From Nitratidesulfovibrio vulgaris str. Hildenborough (GTDB taxonomy: Bacteria; Desulfobacterota; Desulfovibrionia; Desulfovibrionales; Desulfovibrionaceae), in NCBI RefSeq assembly GCF_000195755.1, contig NC_002937.3, positions 2,040,001-2,072,000 on the forward strand: a stretch of DNA of 32,000 bases. The letters are read 5' to 3'. A program made the position numbers and the translations under genes. Each line of letters starts with the position of its first letter. Within the stretch, counting starts at the first letter, position 1. Below, piece by piece: positions 25,139-32,000 of the stretch. Under the pieces are notes generated by a model. That model was not told where the DNA came from, made no database searches, and was given only the letters and a program-made list of their open reading frames with translations.

Positions 25139-28009
25139 CTACCCGCCGTTGCGGATGGCCCGTTCCTGCACGAGGAACGCCCCGGTCACGGATGCCGAGT
25201 CTGCGATAATCTCCTCCGGAGTTCCCGCAGAGACGATGCGCCCGCCATTCTCGCCACCACCCGGCCCGAGGTCGATGACATGGTCGGACGACAGGATGAC
25301 GTCGGTGTTGTGTTCGATGACCACAACAGTCGCGCCCCTGTCCACAAGCTGATGTAACACGCGAATGAGCTTGCCCACCTCGTGCATGTGCAGCCCCGTG
25401 GTGGGTTCGTCGAGGATGTAGAGCGTGCCGGGCAGGCTACGCTTTCCGAGTTCGCGTGATATCTTGATGCGTTGCGCCTCACCACCCGAAAGGGTCGTCG
25501 CCGGTTGGCCCAGTCTGAGGTATTCGAGGCCAACGTCCTCGAGCACCCCAAGCCTGCGCTCCAGCACGGGATAGTTCTCGAAGAACTGCCGTGCCTGTCG
25601 CACGGTGAGGTCGAGCACCTCCGCTATGTTGAGGCCCTTGTACCGGACTTCGAGCGTCTCGTGGTTGTAACGACGCCCCTTGCAGACGTCGCACGTGACG
25701 AACACGTCGGGCAGAAAGTGCATCTCGACACGCAGCTGCCCGTCTCCGCCACAGGCTTCGCACCGTCCTCCACGCACGTTGAAGCTGAAGCGCCCCGGCT
25801 TGTACCCGCGCTTACGGGCATCTGCCGTCATGGCGAAGATGTCGCGTATCTCGTCGAATATCTTGGTATACGTCGCGGGGTTGGAACGCGGCGTCCGCCC
25901 GATGGGCGTCTGGTCGATGGCGACGATACGCTCTATCCTGTCGAGTCCGTCGATACCGCCGATGCTCCCCGGCGAATCGACCTTGATACCCCGCGCCAGC
26001 GCGACGTGCTTGTACAGCGTGTCCACCACAAGCGAACTCTTCCCCGACCCGGAGACGCCCGTGACACATGTCAGCACGCCGAAGGGGATGGAGCAATCGA
26101 GACCTTGCAGGTTGTTGGTGGTCACGCCGCGAAGCGTCAACGCGCCATCGCCCTTGCGCCGCGATTCCGGCAGGGGAATGGTCATCTCACCGCGCAGGTA
26201 GCGCGCCGTCAACGTGTCTGCGGTTCCAAGCAGGTCGGGCACGCGCCCGCTGAACACCACCTCGCCGCCAAGAGCACCCGACCCCGGCCCAAGTTCGATG
26301 ACGGTATCCGCCTCGCGGATGGTCGCTTCGTCGTGTTCGACCACGAGCACGGTGTTCCCGCGCTGCTGCAACCTGCGCAGGGTGCGGATGAGCCGTTCGT
26401 TGTCCCGCGGGTGCAGCCCTATCGAGGGTTCGTCCAGCACGTAGGTCACCCCCACCAGTCCGGAACCGAGTTGCGAGGCGAGGCGGATGCGCTGTGCCTC
26501 GCCGCCGGAGAGGGTCGACATGTTGCGGCCCAGCGAAATGTAGTCGAGCCCCACGTTGACCATAAACTCAAGACGGTGCGTGAGTTCCTTGAGCAAGGGT
26601 TCAGCGACCAGCGTATGCCGTCCGTCGAAGCTGCGTTCGCGCAGCCATGCAAGGGCACGCGCCACTGAAAGCGAACAGAAACTATGGATGTCGAGGTCGT
26701 CGACGCGCACCGACAGCGCCTCGGGCCGCAGCCGTGCCCCATGGCACGCAGGGCAGGGGCGACTCTGGCGGTAGCGCGACATCTCGTCACGCCAAGCGTC
26801 ACCGTACTGCATCCCGCTTTCAAGAAGCTGTGTCACACCGCTCCAGCCCGTGGGCGGCCCGAACGCCTCATCTGCCCCGCGCCTGCCCTTCTTCCGGGTG
26901 TCCGCACCGCCGCCGCTGCCTTCGTCACCGGCAGCCGCATGGGGCAATGAACCGTCGCCATGAAAGAGCACTTCCAGTCCTGCAGCGGGCCATGCGGAAA
27001 GGGGGGTGGAGAGAGTCACACCGAAACGCTTCGCCAGCTTCTCAAGGTCAGCCTGCCAGCGCGCGAAGACCCGAGGGTTCTTCCACGGCAGCAACGCGCC
27101 CGTGTTGAGCGAAAGCCCCCGGTTGGGCGCAAGGAGTGCGGGTTCGAAGTAGTCGACACTGCCAAGGCCAGAACAATGCGGGCACGCCCCCTGCGGACTG
27201 TTGAAGGAAAAGAGTTGCGGACTCGGCGCGGGCAGACTGATGCGGCAGGAGGGGCATACCGATTCGGTGGAGTGCACCGTCTCGCCCTGCCCCGGCACCT
27301 CGACGACGAGTCTTCCGTTACCGTAGCGCAACGCCAGTTCGACAGAATCGGCAAGGCGTCCGCGTATGCCTTCCTTGACCACGATGCGGTCGACCACGAG
27401 GTCGATGCAATGCTTGCGGTTCTTGTCCAGCGGCGGGACGTCGTCGATGGTCGTCGTCTCGCCGTTGACGCGCACCCGCACGAAGCCCTCGGCCTTCAGC
27501 TTCTTGAAGCGGTCTGCGTGCGTACCCTTCTGGTGTTCGACCAGCGGTGCCATGATGATGCATCGCGTACCCTCGCCCAGCGCGAGGATGTCTGCGATGA
27601 TCTCATCCGCAGCACGCGCCTCGATGGGGCGTCCGCACTGCGGGCAGTACATGCGACCAAGCCGTGCATAGAACACGCGCAAGAAGTCGTAGACCTCCGT
27701 GACGGTGCCCACCGTGGAGCGCGGGTTTCGCGTAGAGGTCTGCTGCTCAAGGGATATGGCGGGAGAGAGGCCCTCGATCTTGTCGACGGCGGGCTTGTCC
27801 ATCTGCGGCAGGAACTGACGTGCATAGGCGGAGAGCGACTCCACATAGCGGCGTTGTCCCTCGGCGTACACGATATCGAAGGCCAGTGTGGACTTGCCAG
27901 ACCCCGAAGGCCCGCACACGACGACCAGTTCATCGCGCGGGATGTCGATGTCGACATTCTTGAGGTTGTGCTGGCGTGCCCCTTCGATGTGGATGCAATG
28001 TTTGCTCAT
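25139..28009 (-). CDS. uvrA: Excinuclease ABC subunit UvrA
   Basis: [45 protein letters not shown]. Two ABC modules (LSGGEAQR x2) and several CxxC zinc modules. GGAGAA RBS. Start moved from 28069 to ATG 28009. Confidence 0.97.
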   Translation of the reverse strand: MSKHCIHIEGARQHNLKNVDIDIPRDELVVVCGPSGSGKSTLAFDIVYAEGQRRYVESLSAYARQFLPQMDKPAVDKIEGLSPAISLEQQTSTRNPRSTVGTVTEVYDFLRVFYARLGRMYCPQCGRPIEARAADEIIADILALGEGTRCIIMAPLVEHQKGTHADRFKKLKAEGFVRVRVNGETTTIDDVPPLDKNRKHCIDLVVDRIVVKEGIRGRLADSVELALRYGNGRLVVEVPGQGETVHSTESVCPSCRISLPAPSPQLFSFNSPQGACPHCSGLGSVDYFEPALLAPNRGLSLNTGALLPWKNPRVFARWQADLEKLAKRFGVTLSTPLSAWPAAGLEVLFHGDGSLPHAAAGDEGSGGGADTRKKGRRGADEAFGPPTGWSGVTQLLESGMQYGDAWRDEMSRYRQSRPCPACHGARLRPEALSVRVDDLDIHSFCSLSVARALAWLRERSFDGRHTLVAEPLLKELTHRLEFMVNVGLDYISLGRNMSTLSGGEAQRIRLASQLGSGLVGVTYVLDEPSIGLHPRDNERLIRTLRRLQQRGNTVLVVEHDEATIREADTVIELGPGSGALGGEVVFSGRVPDLLGTADTLTARYLRGEMTIPLPESRRKGDGALTLRGVTTNNLQGLDCSIPFGVLTCVTGVSGSGKSSLVVDTLYKHVALARGIKVDSPGSIGGIDGLDRIERIVAIDQTPIGRTPRSNPATYTKIFDEIRDIFAMTADARKRGYKPGRFSFNVRGGRCEACGGDGQLRVEMHFLPDVFVTCDVCKGRRYNHETLEVRYKGLNIAEVLDLTVRQARQFFENYPVLERRLGVLEDVGLEYLRLGQPATTLSGGEAQRIKISRELGKRSLPGTLYILDEPTTGLHMHEVGKLIRVLHQLVDRGATVVVIEHNTDVILSSDHVIDLGPGGGENGGRIVSAGTPEEIIADSASVTGAFLVQERAIRNGG

Positions 28010-28069
28010 GCGGCTGTTCTCCGGGCGCGGGCCGGGGGCGGTATGCCCCGTGCGTGCGCGCAAGGGCAT

Positions 28070-28097
28070 AACATAATCCGCCTCCGGCCGGGTGCAA
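28070..28097 (-). promoter_or_regulatory. Candidate sigma70-type promoter of uvrA
   Basis: The minus strand reads TTGCAC (28097-28092), a 16-nt spacer, then TATGTT (28075-28070). The inverted repeat ATGCCC/GGGCAT lies in the leader (28043-28069). Motif reading only. Confidence 0.3.
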
Positions 28098-28116
28098 GCC
28101 CCCTTGACGATTCCGG

Positions 28117-28803
28117 TCAGCCGAAGATGCGAGCCAGCACCACGGCATAGACCAGGGCTGGCAGCATGTTGGAAAGAGGAATGCGCTTGAGTTCCAGCAG
28201 GTTGATGCCGATGCCGAGGATGAGCACCCCGCCAGTGGCGGTGAGTTCGTTCATCACCACCGGGCCGAGATAAGGCTGCAACGTACCCGCAAAGAGGGTC
28301 AGGCCCCCCTGATACAGCAGCAGCGGCACGGCGGCGAAAAGCACGCCCACCCCCATGGCCGAAGCCAGCGCCACCGAAGCGAACCCGTCGAGAATGGACT
28401 TGGTGAGCACGATGGTGCGGTCGCCGCGCAGCCCCTCGTCGAACGGCCCGAGAATGGCCATGGAACCTATGCAGAACAACACCGTGGCGTTGACCAGCCC
28501 CTCCGTGAAGCGGGGATTCGACGACTTGAGCCGTGCCTTGAGGGCCTCGCCACCTTTGACGAACAGGTCTTCAAGACGCATGAGTTCGCCCGTGACCGCA
28601 CCACCGAGGATACTGAAGATCATGATGAGAGGATTCGCAGTCTTGAAGGCCATCTGCATGCCGATGACCATGGTGCATAATCCAAGCCCCTGAAACACGA
28701 TGGCGCGCACACGGTCGGGAAGACGCGCGCCAAGAAGCAGGCCAATGAACCCGCCGCCCACCACGGCGGCGGCGTTGACCAGTGAGCCGAGAGGCAGGAT
28801 CAT
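28117..28803 (-). CDS. DUF554 family integral membrane protein
   Basis: GGGGAG RBS. MILPLGSLVNAAAVVGGGFIGLLLGARLP...FQGLGLCTMVIGMQMA is the typical DUF554 (YdfK/YqgA-like) N-terminus as I recall it. About 6 TM segments. Confidence 0.82.
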   Translation of the reverse strand: MILPLGSLVNAAAVVGGGFIGLLLGARLPDRVRAIVFQGLGLCTMVIGMQMAFKTANPLIMIFSILGGAVTGELMRLEDLFVKGGEALKARLKSSNPRFTEGLVNATVLFCIGSMAILGPFDEGLRGDRTIVLTKSILDGFASVALASAMGVGVLFAAVPLLLYQGGLTLFAGTLQPYLGPVVMNELTATGGVLILGIGINLLELKRIPLSNMLPALVYAVVLARIFG

Positions 28804-28930
28804 GATGCTCCCCTTTTTGTGCGGTTAATCAGGCGCTTGATAGCCCATATCATGGGATATTGGAAGCATATCCGAACTGTTTGATCGCACAGGCTCATGG
28901 ACAGATGCGATGACGGGGGCTATCATCCGG

Positions 28931-28956
28931 ATGTGGCATTTTCAGGTGTGCCACAT
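28931..28956 (+). promoter_or_regulatory. Operator-like inverted repeat ATGTGGCA-N10-TGCCACAT
   Basis: 8-bp perfect arms, 24-49 nt upstream of ATG 28980. Function inferred from position only. Confidence 0.35.
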
Positions 28957-28979
28957 CAACGATTGTAAGGAGTCGTTTC

Positions 28980-29627
28980 ATGTCCCGCCTCATGCGCCTT
29001 TACGGATTCCTCCTGCTGGTCTTCGCCTCGACCACCGCCTACGCCGAGACAACACGCCCCACCGCGCTGGATGTATTCAGGCAGATGCCCGCCACCATCT
29101 TCGAGAATACAGCCGAAGGGCTGACCGAAGATGAGAAGCTGCAACTCACTGAACAAGGCGAATCGCACTACTGGGCCATCGTCACAGACACACCCGACAG
29201 GCTTGTGGTGGCCTCGCTGCCTTTTCTGGAAAGCCGTGTTGCCGTCCACCTGTTCCTCAATGACGGCAACACGGGTGTTGCCGTCGTGGGTACGAACAGC
29301 GGCGCTGCCTGCACCATCGAGGTGTGGCGCCTCGAGACGGGTGGCAGACTCGTGCCTGCCGCCGGCCCAGACGAACCGCCCGCGTCGGACTTCTTCGTAC
29401 AGGGCAACTCGCTGCCGGAGGGCATCGACCCCTCCATCATGCTCTGCCTTGGCGACGCCAACCTCGAAGCCCGCCCCCTTTTCTGGACGGAGACGGGCCT
29501 TGCCGACATCAAGCCCGACAACACCGTCGACTTCATATGGAACGGCAGAACGTTCGAAAAGCGCATCCGTCCGGCAGCGTCCGGCAACGGACAGGCCAAC
29601 GACACCCCCAACACGGTACAGCAATAG
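28980..29627 (+). CDS. Hypothetical exported protein (215 aa)
   Basis: AAGGAG RBS. The signal peptide MSRLMRLYGFLLLVFASTTAYA is followed by ETT. GC-rich third positions. No family recognised. Confidence 0.75.
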   Translation: MSRLMRLYGFLLLVFASTTAYAETTRPTALDVFRQMPATIFENTAEGLTEDEKLQLTEQGESHYWAIVTDTPDRLVVASLPFLESRVAVHLFLNDGNTGVAVVGTNSGAACTIEVWRLETGGRLVPAAGPDEPPASDFFVQGNSLPEGIDPSIMLCLGDANLEARPLFWTETGLADIKPDNTVDFIWNGRTFEKRIRPAASGNGQANDTPNTVQQ

Positions 29628-29632
29628 CCGCG

Positions 29633-29656
29633 GTGCGGGCTTGACCACGCCCGCAC
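29633..29656 (+). terminator. Hairpin after the exported-protein gene
   Basis: GTGCGGGC-ttgaccac-GCCCGCAC, starting 6 nt after the stop. The T tail is weak. Confidence 0.4.
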
Positions 29657-29692
29657 ACTATGACATTAGCTTTCTGCCGTGAGACGGCTCAT

Positions 29693-29779
29693 GCCGGAAT
29701 GGTGGAATTGGTAGACGCAGCGGACTCAAAATCCGCCGGTGGCAACACCTTGTCAGTTCGAGTCTGACTTCCGGTACCA
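29693..29779 (+). tRNA. tRNA-Leu (anticodon CAA), type II with long variable arm, CCA encoded
   Basis: GCCGGAA acceptor stem, D-arm TGGTGGAATTGGTAGACGC. Anticodon stem-loop GCGGA-CTCAAAA-TCCGC, with CAA at 29727-29729. Variable arm GGTG-gcaa-CACC, T-arm GTCAG-TTCGAGT-CTGAC, then TTCCGGT-A-CCA. Pair 1-72 is G-U. Confidence 0.93.
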
Positions 29780-29784
29780 GAATG

Positions 29785-29838
29785 AAAACAAAGGGATACG
29801 ACCACTTTCAACGAGTGGGACGTGTCCCTTTGTTTTTG
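29785..29838 (+). terminator. Terminator structure after tRNA-Leu
   Basis: AAAACAAAGGGA ... TCCCTTTGTTTT (12 bp) enclosing the inner stem CCACT/AGTGG. It ends in a T run (TTTTTG). Confidence 0.6.
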
Positions 29839-29868
29839 TCCCTCGCCTTTCTGTCCCTCATCTGTCCC
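29823..29868 (+). repeat. Four direct TGTCCC hexamers
   Basis: TGTCCC at 29823, 29837, 29852 and 29863 (spacings 14, 15, 11). This is the reverse complement of the GGGACA array at 18768-18821. Confidence 0.6.
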
Positions 29869-29889
29869 ACTCCTGCCCCACTGTGGGGT

Positions 29890-29952
29890 GTCACCCAAGT
29901 TGAGAAAATGCGTCACGCAAGTTGAGAAAGCTGTTTTCTCATCTGGCGTGAC
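29890..29952. repeat. Three copies of an 18-bp element (direct, direct, inverted)
   Basis: GTCACCCAAGTTGAGAAA (29890-29907) and GTCACGCAAGTTGAGAAA (29912-29929), period 22 bp, 17/18 identical. The inverted copy TTTCTCATCTGGCGTGAC (29935-29952) matches copy 2 at 16/18 and forms an 18-bp-arm imperfect palindrome with it. Confidence 0.8.
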
Positions 29953-30223
29953 AGGGCAAAGCGCTTGCGCGAAATTGGCGGCCTTCTCGCGGTCGATGTG
30001 GCGCGCGGGTGTTGCAACACGCGCTTGCGCCAGCTGGCCATCGGAAGCCACCCGCATAAAACGTCATTCCCCGTACCGCCCATGTCAGGCATCACTTACT
30101 AATACCCTTCGAATCAGGTAGCGTGTAGCGCTTATCACAAGGCGTAAAGCCATACGCGTGACACGCCGTGTGCGGGGCGGCAGTGCTGTGACAGCCGGGC
30201 ACGGCATTACACCGGGGGGACCT

Positions 30224-31219
30224 ATGAACCACGAATTCCATTATTGGATGACGGGCATCATCGCCCATGCGGCAGGCTTCGACGAAGACGAGGCGCAGAC
30301 CATCGCCCACGCTTCGCAGTATGTCGACGACAACGACAAGCACCTCATGGTCGAACTTCCTGAACATGGCGGCATGTATGAAGCCTACATCAGCCAGACC
30401 ATGAACATCCTCAAGCCGAAGCAGACGCTGATGCGCATCTACCCCATCTTCCATTTCATTCCCGGCGCACCCGAGGCACCATCGGCCCGACGCGGGGACG
30501 GCAAGATGCACATTCTCACCACAACGCCCGACAGCGAACGCGCCAACCGCATCTTCGATGCCGCATTGTCCGACATCTCATCGCACAGGCTTCACCGCAT
30601 CGCCGTGGCGACCCATGCCTACGCAGACACATGGGCACACCAGAACTTCGTCGGCTGGCATGACGCCATCAACGGCATGAGCCTGAACCCCCTGCCCAAC
30701 ATCGGGCATGCCGACTACGCCCACCACCCCGACCTTGTGGCGCACCGCTGGCAAGACAGGCGTGTGCTCGACAACGCTGTCAGCAACAACGAGCGCTTCA
30801 TCGCCGCGGCAGGGCACATCTATGCGAAATTCCGCAGCATTCCCGGCATGCGCCCCGCCAACAGGCCTTGGGAGGCGCTTGCCGACGACCTTCGCAAGGC
30901 GATGGGTGCCGTATCAGACGACGTGACGAACAAGGGAGAGGCACGGCGCATCGCCGCCTACAGGCGACTGCTGGAAATGGACGAGTACTCGCCCACGCGC
31001 TGGTTCGATGAAGCCATCGCAACGCAGGTGAACGGGCTGGACGACATGCATACCAAGGGGCCGACCATCTTCCGCGACAGCTACACCTTCAGGGGTAACC
31101 ACTGGCAGTCGACCGACTGGGCGCACTTTCAGGACGCAGTGAAGGCACACCAGAAATACTGCATGAGCGATATGGACGCCCTGTTCAGCCAGATGGGCAT
31201 CAGGCTTGGAGACCATTAG
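30224..31219 (+). CDS. Hypothetical protein with conserved His/Asp motifs (possible metal-dependent hydrolase); family not recognised with certainty
   Basis: GGGGGG lies 4 nt before ATG 30224 (the track ORF begins at 30158). MNHEFHYWMTGIIAHAAGF..., HFIPG, THAYADTWAHQNFVG, IGHADYAHHPDLVAH. GC-rich third positions. Confidence 0.8.
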   Translation: MNHEFHYWMTGIIAHAAGFDEDEAQTIAHASQYVDDNDKHLMVELPEHGGMYEAYISQTMNILKPKQTLMRIYPIFHFIPGAPEAPSARRGDGKMHILTTTPDSERANRIFDAALSDISSHRLHRIAVATHAYADTWAHQNFVGWHDAINGMSLNPLPNIGHADYAHHPDLVAHRWQDRRVLDNAVSNNERFIAAAGHIYAKFRSIPGMRPANRPWEALADDLRKAMGAVSDDVTNKGEARRIAAYRRLLEMDEYSPTRWFDEAIATQVNGLDDMHTKGPTIFRDSYTFRGNHWQSTDWAHFQDAVKAHQKYCMSDMDALFSQMGIRLGDH

Positions 31220-31362
31220 CCGAACAGCCCCGGCACGATAGAAGCATGGCAGGGAGTGCGCCTTGGTCATGTCGGGGAGTGAACAGGGGCCGGAAAGGGC
31301 AGAACGCTTCAGCCTACCAGCATCACTCTGGATGTGCTGCAAGCAAATGAGATTCAGCGTGT

Positions 31363-31395
31363 CGAGTGGCATGGCACGATGGCGCGTGCCACTCG
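31363..31395. other. Hairpin between convergent genes
   Basis: CGAGTGGCA-N15-TGCCACTCG (9-bp arms) between the stops at 31219 and 31422. Confidence 0.35.
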
Positions 31396-31421
31396 CACGA
31401 CAACGGCGACCCGTGCCGGAT

Positions 31422-32000
31422 TCAGCGCGTTGTATCGCACCAGCCACGCCAGTAGGTGTGCAGGTCCCTGATGCGGCTGGCACATAGTAACGGCATGGCC
31501 TCATGCAGACGTTCCAGAGGCCAGTCCCACCACTGCATCTCCAGAAGCAATGCAATGTTCTCTTCATCGAAACGCTTACGAATGAACTTCGCCGGATTGC
31601 CGCCCACAATACTGTAGGGTTCGACATCGCGTGTGACCAGCGCACGACTGCCGATGACAGCCCCGTCCCCGATGCTGACACCGGGCATGATCATCGCCTC
31701 GGTCCCTATCCAGACATCGTTGCCGACAAGGGTATCGCCAGCGCGCACGAATCCGTCCACTGCCCCCGAAAAGGCTGCTTCGTCCTGCATGTAGAAGAAG
31801 GGAAAGGTCGCCGCCCATTCAAGCTGATGCCCCTGATTGCCAGCCATGATGAAGCTTGCACCGCTGCCGATGGAACAGAAACTTCCGATGACGAGTCTGT
31901 CCACGTCATCGCGGTCGGGGGCGAGATAGCGGGCGCAGTCGTCGAAGCCATGTCCGTGGTAGTACCCGGAATAGTAGCTGAAACGCCCGACTCTGATGTT
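31422..32000 (-). CDS. Xenobiotic acetyltransferase (XAT class; Vat / CatB-like hexapeptide-repeat O-acetyltransferase). The N-terminus lies right of the window
   Basis: [69 protein letters not shown] closely parallels Vat(D)-type enzymes as I remember them. The frame stays open upstream of the track's GTG (31904) to base 32000 ([32 protein letters not shown]...). Confidence 0.9.
   Translation of the reverse strand, partial: NIRVGRFSYYSGYYHGHGFDDCARYLAPDRDDVDRLVIGSFCSIGSGASFIMAGNQGHQLEWAATFPFFYMQDEAAFSGAVDGFVRAGDTLVGNDVWIGTEAMIMPGVSIGDGAVIGSRALVTRDVEPYSIVGGNPAKFIRKRFDEENIALLLEMQWWDWPLERLHEAMPLLCASRIRDLHTYWRGWCDTTR

Noticed and set aside
25472-28150. Two plus-strand ORFs of about 400 aa (25472-26668 and 26960-28150)
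   Set aside because: Antisense shadows of uvrA.
29976-29991. Sigma54 promoter TTGGCGGCCTTCTCGC for the His-rich gene
   Set aside because: Only the GG-N10-GC core fits; TGGCGG and TCGC deviate from TGGCAC and TTGC. It also lies 234 nt from the ATG, which is too weak to annotate as a feature.
29693-32000. Genomic island integrated at tRNA-Leu
   Set aside because: There is no integrase or mobility gene, no second copy of the tRNA 3' end within the window and no obvious GC shift. It cannot be called from this window. It is retained only as a possibility in the findings.

Overview
GC-rich chromosomal window of Desulfovibrio type. From memory, and unverified, the gene order resembles the groESL-uvrA neighbourhood of Desulfovibrio (Nitratidesulfovibrio) vulgaris. 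I can support 26 protein-coding genes (2 truncated by the window edges), one tRNA-Leu(CAA), a CIRCE/HrcA operator, several intrinsic terminators and a few short repeat arrays. Housekeeping anchors are groES-groEL, uvrA, uup (ABC-F), yajQ, a RhlE-like DEAD-box helicase, msrA, one complete MCP and the N-terminus of a second sensor. The accessory-looking content falls into five groups. (i) Two divergent Fe-S-type Rrf2 regulators flank a 600-bp control region that drives an SQR-like flavoprotein, a DUF1641-like protein with a CGCCC tail and a degenerate receiver. (ii) A rhodanese::diiron-ferritin-like fusion is translationally coupled to a second FAD disulfide-oxidoreductase. (iii) A NYN-LOTUS predicted RNA-binding nuclease carries an uncharacterised C-terminal half. 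(iv) An exported DsrE-like protein and an exported MsrA sit nearby. (v) A repeat-dense stretch lies right after tRNA-Leu, followed by a His-rich putative metallohydrolase of unknown family and a Vat/XAT acetyltransferase. I found no transposase, integrase, CRISPR array, rRNA or recognisable phage-defence system. No single locus can be declared a new system from sequence alone. The best candidates are groups (i), (ii), (iii) and (v), plus TGTCCC/GGGACA hexamer arrays and several long non-coding gaps. Many long ORFs in the track are antisense shadows of real genes or N-terminal over-extensions and were rejected.
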